DNA of 64,000 nt from Clostridia bacterium. Its GTDB lineage: Bacteria; Bacillota; Clostridia; Christensenellales; CAG-917. This document shows positions 36,375 through 51,300 of the stretch, piece after piece. The first letter of the stretch is position 1, and the number at the start of each line of letters is the position of its first letter. Both the position numbers and the translations under genes were made by a program. The notes beneath the pieces were generated by a model, which saw nothing but the letters and a program-made list of their open reading frames with translations, did not search any database and had not been told where the DNA came from. The DNA is taken from positions 263,663 through 327,662 of the forward strand of contig JAFZVB010000014.1 of the NCBI GenBank assembly GCA_017618055.1. The letters are read 5' to 3'.

Positions 36375-39300
36375 TTAACCTCCTGTCTTCAATTCTTCAC
36401 GAGTGTATGGGATAGTATTCTTTTCAACCTCAAACACGGTTTCTGTTTCACCTTGTATCATTATACCTACATTAATCTTTGCAGGATCTTTGTATACATA
36501 ATATCCACCAACTTCTTCCAATGTTAATCCATAGAATTTTTGGTATGCTGCTACATATGAGGCTAATGTTGTATATGTCTTGGTTCCAACCTTTCTAGCT
36601 GTATATGAACCAGCATTTGAAGATATAACTTGTACTTTATCTGAGTACACGTGTCCATAGAATGCACCACTATACACTATATTATAGTTATTTGTATAAA
36701 GATTTATTTGTTTTGTTAGTTCAAAGCTTGCGAATCTGAACATTCTAAGCAATGGATAATGTTGTGAATATGCCAATAAGATACGATCTGTATATTGACT
36801 GTTTGCATCTATATGGTCTGTTCCTCTTCTTGTTCCAAGCATTGGACTTGATTGTGCTTGCTTATATACCCTTACATTTACATTTGTTGATTCTATAGTA
36901 ATTTGTTGTGTTAATGTAGTTAACTCCAATCTTAAGAGATATGTATAAACTATATCAACAAATCTTAATGACTCTCTTGGATTATTGCTTGAGTAATCAT
37001 TTCCAGTACCAATAATATATGAAGCATATTTAGCTGTTCCGCCTTGAGTTGTCTCACTAATAACGTCATAAATACCTCTTGTTACAGTATTTTCTGGCAA
37101 GTAAATATAATTGCTGTTTGTATTTATATAGTGAGATTGAGATCTTCTATATGAACTTTCAACTCCATTATAAGCAAGTTCTGTATAAGTTAAACCTGTT
37201 GCTTTTCGTCCAGCATCTGTTGAAGTGCTTCCTGTTATTGTTACATTACCTATCATCTTATTAACAAATGAAGATGAGGTTGCACCTGTCCATACCAAGA
37301 TAGAGTCTTGTAAGTATTGAGCAATACCAGAACCAAGAACATACTTGATTTCATTTGCTATAGCAAGGTCAGATACATTTTGTGTGAATGCTGTAATCTT
37401 ACCAGCTGAGTATGTATATGAAGAACATACATAACCTATGATTCCACCTGCCAATGTTGTTCCTGCACGAGATTGAATTTCGTTCAATGTTACAGCATTG
37501 AATACTGAAGCACCGCTTTCACCACTTCTCATCACGCCAACAATACCACCAAGGTTATTCTTTCCGGCATTATTAACTGTTATGCTACCTATTGCAATTA
37601 CATTTTCTATTGCAACATTAACATCATACTCTGTTGGGAATGTATATGGGTTTGAAGCAAGGCTATATTTAGTTGCTACTGTATCTGGATCCGAAATTGA
37701 TCCAACTTGGAATCCAACAACACCGCCAACATTAACAATCTTATTTGTTCCACTCGCATATACACTTATGCTTGCATGAACTGTTGTATTCGTTAATGCT
37801 TTAGCAGAATCATTAAGACCGATTAATCCACCAACGTTAATTACATTTGCATATGAGGTTGTATCATAAACATTGATTGCAATGTCTCTTAAGTTCATAT
37901 CATAGATATTGGATGTAGATGTTGCATATCCAAAGAATCCAATATTAATTGTTGTTGCAGCATCTGTTGATACATTATATAAGACATTGAAGTTCTTGAT
38001 TGTATATCCATTACCATCAAACTCTCCAACAAATGAATCTGCAAATATATTGCCTATTACTGTAACTTGGTTTCCAACATTTGTTTGTACGAAGTTGGTT
38101 AAATATGTGTTACCATATCCCCAAATTGGTTTTCCTGTTGTTGGGCTAATTCCGAAAGCATTTTCAAGAATATCATAGTCTGTTGATGTCATAATGCCAG
38201 AAATATCCGCCGTAAGTCTAAACTTATCATATTTAATAGGTTCAGTTGGTGTTTCTGCCCAATATCCCCAAACACCTTGTTTTGTAGAATCACTTGGATA
38301 AGGTGCATCTGGATCAAAGTAAGCATCATTGGCTTCAATGGTAGCTTGATAACTCTCTGGATTTAAGTTGTATTGTTCTTCTGTACATATTACTGTCCAA
38401 GTATAAATATATGCAGTATCAGCACCAGTTTCTTGACCCAATGTAGCATAATTATTATGGTAATATGATGCGAGCATCAAACCAGCAAGTGTGGAAATTT
38501 GATAATGCTCTGTATCCTCAACTACAAAGTAATCTATAACAAGAGTTGGTTGATTTCTTAACTCATAGTTCCAGTTCATACCTTGTGGCCCACTCAAATA
38601 TGCATATAATGACTTATTTGGTCCACCAACTATTCTTCTATATGAAGTAATATGTGCCCATCCATTTGCTGGATTACCATTTTCATACATCCATGTGTTT
38701 GTTACAACGATTGACAATGATTCAGCAACTCTCGCAGGTTTTTGTGCTGTTACAGGCAACCATCCCTCTTCAGTCTGATATGTATATACGTTGTTTGATT
38801 GAGCATAACTTTGAATAGTATTTCCATAGTTGTCTATTTTGATTTGTGTTCTAGTAATTTCAATATTTAGCTCATAACTTTGTGGTGTCTCAATTGTACG
38901 AGTATCTCTAACAACCACTTCAGATGATGCATCACCAACTACAGCAGGAGTTGTTACACGAATCAAGTAGTTGCCAGCTTTATTTCCACTTATTGTAAAG
39001 ACTAGCTCTTTATAGTACCCAGCATTCTTATTAATTGAATACTCTCCAGCGCTATATACAACATTATTTACATATTTGTTATATGAAGGCTCACCAGTAG
39101 ATGTATTTGCCGTTCTTCTACTTACAGTTGCTTCTCTATATACGCCTGTAATTATGACATCTCCACTTTGTTCACTAGAAACTATGTTGGAAACGGTGAA
39201 TCCATTACCTAAACGATATTTTGCTGATTTCGCAGTTGTTTGGCCATTAACATTAGTTGCTGTTCCATATAATTCTGTATCATCATATTGTTTTGTAGCA

Positions 39301-42300
39301 GTCTTATTGCTCTTGAGATACAAATCAACAGAAAGAACACGTGCTGTTATAATTCCATTTGTTCCAGATTGTGTGGTTGTTGAGAAAGTGTAGTTACTAT
39401 CTGCAACTGAAACCGTATAGTTAATTATCTTATTTGTTCCAACATTAGCATCATTATAACGTGGATTTGAAATTGAGTAATTTGGAGTATTTAAACCACC
39501 ATTTGTTGATGTAAATGATGCTGTTGCATAATTACCTTTTACTGGATTATTGTTCAAATGAGAAGGATCTATAGATGTGGTTCCATCATAAGTCTTAGTA
39601 ATTGTTGCTAATGTTGTAAATTGACTTACAACAATAATTGATTTATAGATTGAGAATGTTGTGCTATTGTTATTCTTGTACTCATAGTTTTCATCTATTG
39701 TATCAATATTAGCGGTATTTGTTCCGGTAGCTCTAAATGAAGAATAATTAGCAACTGATGCATATGTGCCAGATGCAAGATAATCAATAGATTCATCTGA
39801 AACTACAACAATAGTTAATGTCTCATTTGCTGTTCTTCCAACAAATGAATAAGTTGTTGTTGTATAACCACTAATTACATCAGTAGGAGTTGTCTTAGGT
39901 GTGACTACATTCTCACCAGTTACACAATCTTCACCTGCATATAACTTAATTCCATCTAATACAACTTTATGTGTTTGTCCATTATATACGAAAGTTGTTG
40001 TTTCACTCCAAACGAAATGAATCTTTAGAGGAAGAACCGTATATGTAATATTTGATGAGAATCCAGATGTATCTAATACATAGTTTGCAGATTTATCAAC
40101 TGTGCCACCACGTGATGCTGTTATACCTCCATTACCAATTGAACTTGCAACCGTTAATGTATATACACCAACATTACATACCGTTGTAGTAGCTGTTCCA
40201 CCAGATATGATTTGTGCATTTGAGCCTGAAATTGTATCTTGACCATAAGCATTATTGCTTAATGTTGATTCACCTATTTGATATGAAATAACCACATTAT
40301 GTTTTTCACCATTATAATAAGCTTCTGTATTAGAAGTAATGTTACTCTTTGCTTTAATTGAAACAGGTGAAATTACCCATCTTGTCTTAAAGTCAATAGT
40401 ATAGTTACCATCTGAACCATTGTATCCAATATTTAAGGTGTATGTTCCAGCATCATCTGTTCCAGTATAGCTTTGTCCACTTTCTCTTACAGTCAAATTG
40501 TTTCCTGAAACAGAGGCAATCATTCCCTCAGATGGTGTTGTTGATATAACATTTTGTGCGCTATGTCCTGTTGCAAGATTACTAAATACTATCAACTTCA
40601 ATCCTTGTGGATATGTAGAATATGTGTAATTCTTAGTTGCTGCTGTAGCAGATAAACTTTCAGATGATGTTGTTTCAACATTTTCTATAGTTATTTGAGA
40701 CCAGGTTGCCGTAGCAGTTATAGTTCTTGACTTAACTCTCCAGTACCATGACACTTCTTCAAATGTATAGTTTGTGCTAGCCTGTGGAGCTAGTGTGATT
40801 GAATATGTTCCATAATTCTTGGTTGATATGTTATATGTTGCTTTTGTTCCTGAAGCAGTTGCAGAATGAGTGAAACCAACTTCAGTTGTATTTACAATAC
40901 TTGCATGAGAACTTGTATCTGATGAAACAAATCCGTTTATCTCAACTTTAGTTAAACCAATATTAACATTGTTGTATACAGTCTCTGGTCCAGGTGAAGA
41001 TGTTGAATATTCACTTGATGTTCCTGTAGGTGTTATTGTCAATGTTTTTTGATTAATAATTTGGTTTGTAAGTGTTTGTGCTGCCATATAATAGTCATCA
41101 GAAGCACTACCGATATTTGTAATTCTACATGTGTAATTACCTGCATTCTTTAAATGATATGTAACTGTCATATTAAAGACACCTGCAGATGTTTGCATTG
41201 TACTATATGTAACTACTGGAGATACACCAGCACTAGATGGACCACTTCCTGTCTTTGTATAACTTGTCTTTGCCTTTATTGCATCATAAATAGTCTTTAT
41301 TGTAGCTGCAGAAAGTGAATAATCAGCACCTTGAGCATCAACAGACTTCAATGAAATAGAAACTGTATGTTCATTGCCATCATATGTAATTGTTCCAATT
41401 TCAGTTTTACTCTTTTGTTTTATTTGAAGAGCAGCAATTGTCATTTCACCTTGTTCATTATCAGGCATTACATAGTTTGTTCCAATTGGATTGCCACCTG
41501 TCCAGTTTACTCTATATGTATTTTTAGCTTTTGCAGTAAAAGTTAATGTAGATTTTGTTGATGCAGTTGATGTGCTTCCACTTGGAGTTACTGCTGCAGA
41601 ACTCTTTGTAAATGAACCAGAAGCTGATGTCTCTTTAGTTAATGTAAATGAAACAGAATCTGTCCATGTCTTAATATCGTTTGTTGCCTCACCTACAGCC
41701 CAACCTGTTAAGTCTAATGTGATAGAATGATCTGTTCCATCCCATGTATAACTATCTGTATGCCATGTTGCTGTAAGTTCTTTCTTCTCAATTACCAATT
41801 GAGCTTCTTTTGCAGACATTTGATAATTATCTTTCTTTGTGCCCTTAAGTGAATTTGCTCTTATTTTATATGTACCTGAATTTACGGCAGTAATATCAAT
41901 TGTGTATGTCTTCAAATGATATGTAACTGTACTTGTACAATAACCTCCATCTTTTGTGGATGCTCCAGTTGATGATGTTACAGAAGTACCCTCAGCAACC
42001 ACCGCACTAAATGCAGGATATGGATTTGCAATAGATGGTGTTGTTGTGATTTCTGGATATACACCATTGCTTGAAAGAGAAGCAATTGTGGAATAAGTGC
42101 CAACTGTTGCATCTGTTTCAATAATTTGATTGACTACTAGTGTAGCACTCTTTTCTGTCTTGTCATAGGTTGTTGTTAAATTTGTATTATTAACTACTAT
42201 CTTTCTTGGATGAATCTTCCATGTGTATGTCGTTTCTCCAGAAAGAACCGAACCAATCTTAATTGGAGCAAGGATTTCATACTTGGTAGATGTTGGAACC

Positions 42301-45300
42301 GTTGGGACCCATCCATCAACTAATGCAGTGAAGTAATAATCTGTAGATCCTACTTTGTATGTATAGTTCTTTCCAGCCTCTACTGCAGCATTGTCTGCTG
42401 TAATTGCTGTTGTGTTGCTTAAGGATGTTGTAGATGCTGTGAATATGTATGCTTTGTTTGGTACATAGTAGATATCACCATCAATCTTATATGTGCCTGC
42501 ATCTGTACCGAAGTTAAATCCTTCTGCTGCATTTGGATCCAGTTGATAGAATGTATATTGTTGATCCTTCTTCTCTACATTAGTTAAGCCTGTAATAGGA
42601 GCATATCTCTCTAAACTGTTATATGTTAACTTAACAGAACCAAGATTTACTTTCTTGAAGAATATTAATACGTTCTTACATACAGCAGAGTCTGCATCAA
42701 TATATATAGCTTCATCATATACATCATAAGATACTGTGAATCCTGCTTTGTTTACAGCATATGCATATAAGTAATATCCGTTTACATTTGGTGCATATGT
42801 CTTAGCATAGATATGATAAATTTGTGTATTACCAATAGCCTTGCTACTACTTGTATGATGTGGTGTTGAAGATGCATTGTAGCTGTCATCTGTTGCTGTG
42901 TAGTTGTAAATCAATTGTGAAGAAGATTGTCCAACGTTAGAAGCACCAAATGCTTGTGAGATGTACTTCCATACATTAAGGTCAAAGTCTGGTGTGCTTG
43001 CTGCATTTGTATGCTCTGTTTGAATCTCATGTTGTGAGAATCCACCAGTTACAGCATCTGAAGCATATGCGAAGAAGTAACCAGTATTGTCATTACCTGT
43101 AGAGTATCTTGTATCACCACCAGTGTGGATACCTAAGTCTCCGTCTGTGTTTTCTTCAAGATCTGCCAAGTTAAAGCCTTTTCTTGTTGCTACACATTGT
43201 TTCAATGTTTCATATGCAGATTCTCCATAGGCTTGTGCAGAAATAGGTGCAATATCTGTACCACCGTATTCGTAAATTCCTTGTCCGAATTCAATGTCTA
43301 ATACATGTGTGTTGAACCAATCTGTACATTCTGCGATTTCTGCAGCTGAATATACGTTACTTGAGTCTAAGATGATATCTGCATATCCTCTCTTTCCTAC
43401 ATAAGTATACTCTTCTGTTGATTCGTTGTAACTGTAGTAGTCATATGGCAATGTATTGCTATGTGTTGCATAATAGAATGAATCATAAATATGTAAATAG
43501 TCTGCCCATGTTGTTGGAGAGTATTGTAAGAGTGAAATATCATAAGCTGTGAAGTGGCTTGTCCATTCACTTGTTAATGATGTACCAAGTTGAGATACTG
43601 TTGCATTCTTAAGAGCATCATTACCGAATGCCGAAATCCAATAACAGCAATATGTTAATGGTCTGTTAGAACCAATACCACCAACAATACCACCACAAGT
43701 ACCACTTGTGTTGTATGAATCTGTGAATGTGTAGTCATCACTAATTACTCTACCACCAACGTTGTAGCAGTATTTAATTGAAGCTTTTTGTTCATCTGTT
43801 CCTGTTTGAGGTACAGTTGAATTGTTAAATCCTACAATACCACCAACATAATGGTGTCCAGAAACGTATGTTACATTAGAACCACTTCCTGTTCCAGAAC
43901 CACCAGAACGTCTTGTGTAGTTCAAAACAGACTTAAGAATAACTGGTGTTGCACCAATGTATCCAATAAGTCCACCAACATAGTTCATTGGAGCATAATT
44001 TGCAGAATCATTGGTTGTTCTACCTGCTGTAACAGAACCATCTGAGTAAAGGTCTACACTCCAGTTGTCCTTTGTGCTTCCAACAGCACCATCTGTAATC
44101 TTACCAATAACACCTCCAATACACTCACCTGTTACATTTGTTGAGTTAACTTGTAATCTATTTGTTTGTGCAGAAACTAAACCGGAGTTAACCATAATGG
44201 AATGTCTTAAGATAACTGGATTACCACCTTCGCTTTGTACTAATCCAATACATCCACCGAGGTTTGCATATGTTGTAATTGTTCCACTTAATTCAGCACC
44301 CATAATGGTTGTATCTGAATAGTTGAACATTCTAGCCCATGCACCTTGACCACTAAATACACCAATAGATCCACCACCGTTTTGTTTTACGTAAACCTTA
44401 CCATAGTTGTAGAACTCAATGTATTGTTGTTCTCCGTTTAGAGTCTTACCTGTACTATCATTAATATCATAAATTGTACCCTTCATTGTACCAATAGAAC
44501 CACCAACGTTTGTTCCGTCTGTGGATGCAACAGTACCGAAGTTAATGAATCTTGTATAAACACCTTCAACAAGGTTACCACCCTCTGTATAGAAGTCTAC
44601 AGAAGCATCTGTATCAACAATAGCGACAACACCACCAACGTTGTTGAAACCGTTAACATATCCAGCTGTGTAACCAGAAGATGTAATTGTATCATCTACT
44701 ACCATATCGGAGTAGTCTGTATTTGTTATACGTACATAGTATGTACCATTATCAATATAAATTTGTGTTATATCTCCAGTGTATGGAGCAACAAAGTAAC
44801 GATAATTGCTTCCATCTATCTTGAACTTATATCTTACTCCAGCCTTTACATAACCACCTAAATTCCAGTTTGCTGTTACACTTGGGATAGCAGATCTTTC
44901 ACCAACTGCTATGAACTTCAATGTAGCTGTTAGACCTGAAACAGATGTTACTGTACCTGTTACTGGAGATGTAAATCTATAATAGTTGCCACCACTCTCA
45001 TATAAGTAGTTATGGCCACCCTTTACTGTATTACCTTGAACAATCTTTTGTACTGCTCTCTTCTCAAATGGAGAAATGGTTAATTCATTACCAACCATGT
45101 TAGTAATTTGTCCATATACAGGAGACTTGAAGAAGTATCTTGTTGTACCAACTAAGAATGTGTAGTTTTGTCCAGCTGTAATAATATCTCCAAGGTTTGC
45201 TGTCATTGTACCTTGCATTGCATTTCTAATTGCAGAGATTACTAATGTTGAGAATACTACGTTTGCACCTTGTAATGTCTTTACAGTACCAGTTAAGTTA

Positions 45301-48300
45301 GTTGCATCAAAGTAATATGTAGAACCAGATGTATAGGACTTATAGCCCTTTGTCATTGTTCCAGTTGTTTGTGTGCTATAAGATGCACCACTTTGTTGAG
45401 TTGTAGATGCTTGTAATGTTGGGTAAATCATTATCAAGTCTGGATCGTCTGTTGGAATATTATATACTGCACCATAATATGCAGATGGATAATAATATTC
45501 ACTTGAACCTAATGTATATTTGTATGTTGTACTTAAATTAATAATGTTTGCAGTACTATCACTAAGAGTCCAAATATTAGATGTGCTTGTTGTAACGTCA
45601 CTATTTGCAGATGTTGTAATACTACCTGTAATAGCAACTTTGTCAAAGTCCATTTCAACTACATAACCAGAAATTGGAGCTGTGAAGTAATAAACTGTCT
45701 TTCCAATTGTATATGAATAGTTAGCATCTTTTGTAACACTTCTATATAAATCTATTTCAGTTGCTGTTGCTGCATCTCCATTTGTTTGAACTTGTGTAAT
45801 ATATGTTGTTGTATTACCGGATACATTTTTACTTGATTCACTTACTAAGTTACCATATGTATCTTCTTTAGCTTTACCATTAATCATAGTTCCAGCCAAA
45901 GCACCATCTGGGAAGTAACCAATAGAACCACCAACATAGTTATTACCATAAACAGCACCAGTATTAGCAAGTGTACCAATGTTTGTGAAGTTACCTAATG
46001 TATCTCCAACAACACCACCAGCATAGGATGCTCTATTTGCTTGTGTAGCAGTTGAATTACCAACTTGTCCTGCATTTGCAAAATAGTTCTCTTGTACTGC
46101 TACGTTAAAGTGTGCACCTTCAGCATTGTATCCAACAATACCTCCAATATATGTTGCACCATTAATAGTTGCACAAATATTACCAGTATTAACAACATAA
46201 CACTTACTATCTGCTGTTGTAATTAAACCTGCATTAAATCCAACGAAACCACCAACATATGTGGAACCATTTACATTAGCAACCAATGTAGCTGTGAATG
46301 TACCAACAGATGCTGTGTTATAAGCGTCTGTTTGGTGTCCTACATAAAGTGTTCCTGTATTGTATCCAATAAATCCACCAACGTGTGTGTCTGCTGAAAT
46401 TGTGTTTGCAGTAACTACACTTGTCTTTGCTATTGTACTATCATCTGCTACTTGAGCATTGCCTACAGAAGCATAGGCATCTTGTTGGATATCCATAATG
46501 CTAGAAGATCCTAAGATATGTGCAGTACCAGCATTGTATCCAATGAAACCACCAACATACTTAGCTTTAGATGTTGTCATTTGTGGATTAATATAATAAT
46601 TACCATCAATATTAACAACACCACCAGTTGGAACATATCCAATAGCACCACCAATGTAGTTGGAAAGCGTTGTTCCTGTATTAATTGTTCCATAAATATG
46701 AACTGTACCTTGGATGTTAGTGTATGAACCCATATATCCAAGCAAACCACCAACGTTATTTGCTGCATAGGATGATGAATTGATTGTCCCTTTGAATATG
46801 TTTTCACCAGTAATCTTACATCTTTGTGAATATCCAACGAATCCACCTAATGCAGAACTATATGTTGCATTGTTTGTAGAACTATTTCTTTGTAATGTAC
46901 CCTTTGAACCAATCTCACAATTGGTAATAGTAGTTAAGTCTGATTCTTGTGAGCCATTTGTTGCAGAAATAATACCACCAATTGAGTTTGCACCAATAAT
47001 TGTTGTTGTAGCACCAGTATCTATTCCAACCTTACAATTTGTAATATTAAGTTTACCAATTGTATTTCTTGCACCAACGATACCACCAGTTCCTATTCCT
47101 GATGTCTTGTATGAACCATTGGTTATGGTACCACCATTTACAGTGCACTTGTTGATATAAATACCTGCAACGTCTGCTGTAGATAAACCTTGTGCATATC
47201 CCAAGATACCTCCAACATAAGCATCTGTGCTAGAAGATGTTGAAGTTGTTATATTTGCTGCAGAAGTACATTCTTCAATAGTTGTTGTATTAGAACCAGT
47301 AGCACTTGTCATATTTGGTCTTGCAATAGCAACAATACCACCAGCATATGTTGTTCCAGCATTGGACTTAGTAACTGTAACGGAAGAACCAGAGTGCATT
47401 TGTAATCCGGTAAATGTACCCTTCTCCATTGCCTTTGCAATAAATCCTGCACCATATGCACTTGCTGCTGTTGCTGAAACAGATATTGTTGTTCCAGTTC
47501 CAAGTGAGAAGTCTCTTAAGATACATCCTTTACCATATCCAACGAATGCAGCATATGCACTTTGTCCACTTTCATTTGGATCTGTATATGTAGTTGTATT
47601 CTTTACGTGGAGATTTTTAATTTCTGGATATGAAATATCTTCTCCATTTACAACTTCTCTAAATCCAACCAAAGATCCTGCAAAATATTTGCTTGCGGAT
47701 TGTCCTATCATATAGTAGTTAGCACCATATGTAGAATTGCCGTCTAAATAATTGTTGTTTTGTCTTCTGAATAATCTTATATTCTTACCAACATTTCTAG
47801 AGTCATTATAATCTGCAGAATACCATGTTTGTGTTCCATGGTTTGTCATAGGACTGGTTGCAATTGGATATGTATAAACCAATGCAATCGTCTTACTTCC
47901 ATCTGTTGCTCTATAAGATGCATGAGAATAATATGTCATTCCATACAAATTAAGAGTATTCATATCCAAAGATGTGAGCTTATTGCCATCTAAGTTGTTG
48001 TATCCGTTTGCGAATGCATAATATTTACTTGCAGCTGTATAAGATGTATCTATAGCTATTAATTGAGATAATCCAAGTAAATCAATACCATTTTGAATTA
48101 CATATGGGCTGAATTCAGTTCCTGCTGTCTTTAAGCTATATTCTTGAGTTGTTGTATCATAACCAGATGTTTGTCCAGTCATAGCAACACCAGATTCTGT
48201 ATCTGTAGCAAAGATAGATAATTGTGGTAAGCAACCAGGAATATAAATGTAACCGAAGTTAGATTTATTCTTAATAGCATTAGATGTTCTTAATAATACT

Positions 48301-51300
48301 GTACTACCATAAGAACCACCATTAGACCATCCAGATTCCATAGCACTTGGAACTTTACCAACTCCATTTGTGCTATCATATCTACAAATCATATCACCTG
48401 AATTAACAAGTGTATCTTGAATTGTCCAGTTGGATGCATAATAAGCACAGTCTACATATAAGTAACCATTTGAATCAGATGCTGTTCCTGCTTCATTGGT
48501 TCTATAATTTTCCATGAATGCTAAGTTTCTATCAACTCCGAAATAACCATCATTATTGGAATATTTTGAACCCTTGGTCATATTTTCTGTACCAGTTGTA
48601 CCATTCTTCTTTCCTAAATCAACCTGTCCGTGCATTGAGTAGTTATATGCAACTGTTGCATTACTATGTAAGTTATTTGCACCAGACCAATATTTAAGAA
48701 CGTCCAATGTCCATGCTCCGTTTCTTTCATAGATAGAACAACCAACCAATCCTGAAATATAAATAGCATCATCTACAGGACTTCTGGCCTTAACAACACC
48801 TGCATTATAACAATATACTAAACTAGAATAACTTGCATCTCTATATCTATACATTAAGCCAACCAAACCGCCAGCTCTTAATTGAGATTCATACAAGTGG
48901 CTTGTAACACCATATGATGTAATATTTCCAATATTGTATGAATAATAAATATCTGCATTAATAGCCATACCAGCAAGACCACCAACTTCACCACCAGAGA
49001 ATTGGGAGAAAGTATTATTTCCGCCAGAAATATCTGTACAATGACTTGGATGACCTGACAAAACATCTCCTGAGTTGAAGCAGAAGAAAATATTAGTTCT
49101 AGCACTAGATGATGTTCTATTATCTGTATCGCAACCAAGAATACCACCTACTCTTGCATTATAGCCCCAAACTTTACCAGAGTTATAACATGCATAAACA
49201 CTTACGTTACCTGCTGCAGAAACTTGTCCAACAACACCACCAGCATAAGTGAATGTATTTACTATAAAGGTGTTACTTTGTACTAAACCTGTATTACAAC
49301 TGTTAAGAATCTCACCAGATCCATCTACATAACCAATAATACCACCTAAGGATTTATCACCACGTACTTCACCGGCATTTCTAACAGAGTCTATTGAAAT
49401 GGATGTACCAGATGCAACTGTACCAATAATACCACCTACACCACCATTTGATACAGAAGAAGATTCTGAAACACGTCCAGTATTTACAGCATCTTTAATT
49501 GTTACAGAGCCTGAAGAATAACCGATTAAACCACCAACGTGATATGAACCAGATACTGTTACGCTTGTATCAATGTTTTGTATTGTTACACTAGAACTTG
49601 GAACTGCTCCTGCAAGAGCACCTACACCAGATGTTCCAGATACTGAACCTGCTAAATTAAGGTTCTTAATTGTTGCATTGTTACCAAGTTTTGGGAATAA
49701 ACCAATATCATTAGAAGCACTAATGGTATATGTTAATGTTTTTCCGTTTCCATCTAATGTTCCTCTGAAGAAGTTTGAACTATTATCTCCAAATAAGAAG
49801 TTGTTAGATGAACTATTATATGTTCCTAAATTAATATCATTTGTTAATTTTAAGTATTTGTTATAATATGTTTCGGTTCCTGCTCTAACTTTGGCAGCAT
49901 ATTCAATCCATGTTGCTTTATCTGGAATAGATAATGGCAAGTCACTACCACCAGATGTCATGGTCTTAGTAATATCACCAACTTTCCATACATCTTCTGA
50001 AGAACCTGTACTTATGTTGTTATAGTAAACTATTGCATAAACTGTGAAAACTTTGGTGCTTGTATTGTAGTTATATGATGTAATGCTAATTGTATATTCA
50101 TTACTAATTCTACCATTGTTGAAAGCAGTTATCCATTTATCATTACTAATGTTATTTGCTGTAGATTCACTATATTCTAGGTTAACAAACTTTACATCAT
50201 TCTTTGCAAGAATAAATGAGTTAGCACTTACCTTTGTCTTTGAATACAAATTATTGCTTGGTTCACCACTCTTTCCACCATATAAAATACCATCATATAG
50301 TGTATCGTCTGCGCCTTTATGAATATATCTATTTGGATTTGTTTCAGGAACGCCAGTTGTATCATAGAAAACTAAATATTTGTCTGTCCCAGATGGAATT
50401 GTAGCCATTACTGAAATATATCCTAATTGTGCTTTGAAATTAGTATTGTCAGATGCACTTGCGGTTCCAACAGTAGTTGCCAAACCAGCTGTAACAAGAA
50501 GTTCATCATAATTTGGAAGAGATGATGGATAACCTGGGTCTACTAAGGCAAACTTACCATTAGAATTTCTATATGACGTTGCATAATTTAATCCATTTAC
50601 AATGTGTAATGACCAAGAATCTACAAATGTTGTGGATGATGTAGATCTTCCAGCAACACCGCCTCTGTCGCCATTTACATAATCAAAATTAAATCCTCTT
50701 ACATAACTGTTAGAAATTGTAATAGCACCAGCATCACCAACCAATCCACCAACATAGGCTGAGCCATGATAGTAGTCTGTGCTTGTAGATAAAGTTACAC
50801 TTGAATGTGGTGTACAAACACATCTATAAATAGATGAACCATTAACTTCATTAGCACCACCAGCCATTGTACCGGCAAGACCACCAATATAATAAGATCC
50901 AGTCACCTTACATGTACATACTAAATATGCTATTCTATTATCTCCGTTAGCATTTATAAATCCAGCTACACCACCAACATAGTATGAGCCAGAACCACCA
51001 ACTGTATTTGCAGTACTTGTCTTGTTTCCAGAGAAGCTTGTTTCATTATCTTCTGCTTTAAATTTAGCAAGACCATTTATTTGAATAGAACCATATGAGT
51101 CTTGTCTATCTGCATCTTGCATTGTTCCAACGGAACCAATAATACCACCTGCATACCATCCGTTAGTAACAGTGATATTTGCCGTATTAATTACAACAGC
51201 TTTAATATTTGAAGTATAGATAACAGTAGGTGAATTATAGTTGTTTAATAAAGCACCAATGTTGCCACCAACAAAATATTTTCCTGTTACTGTACCTGTA

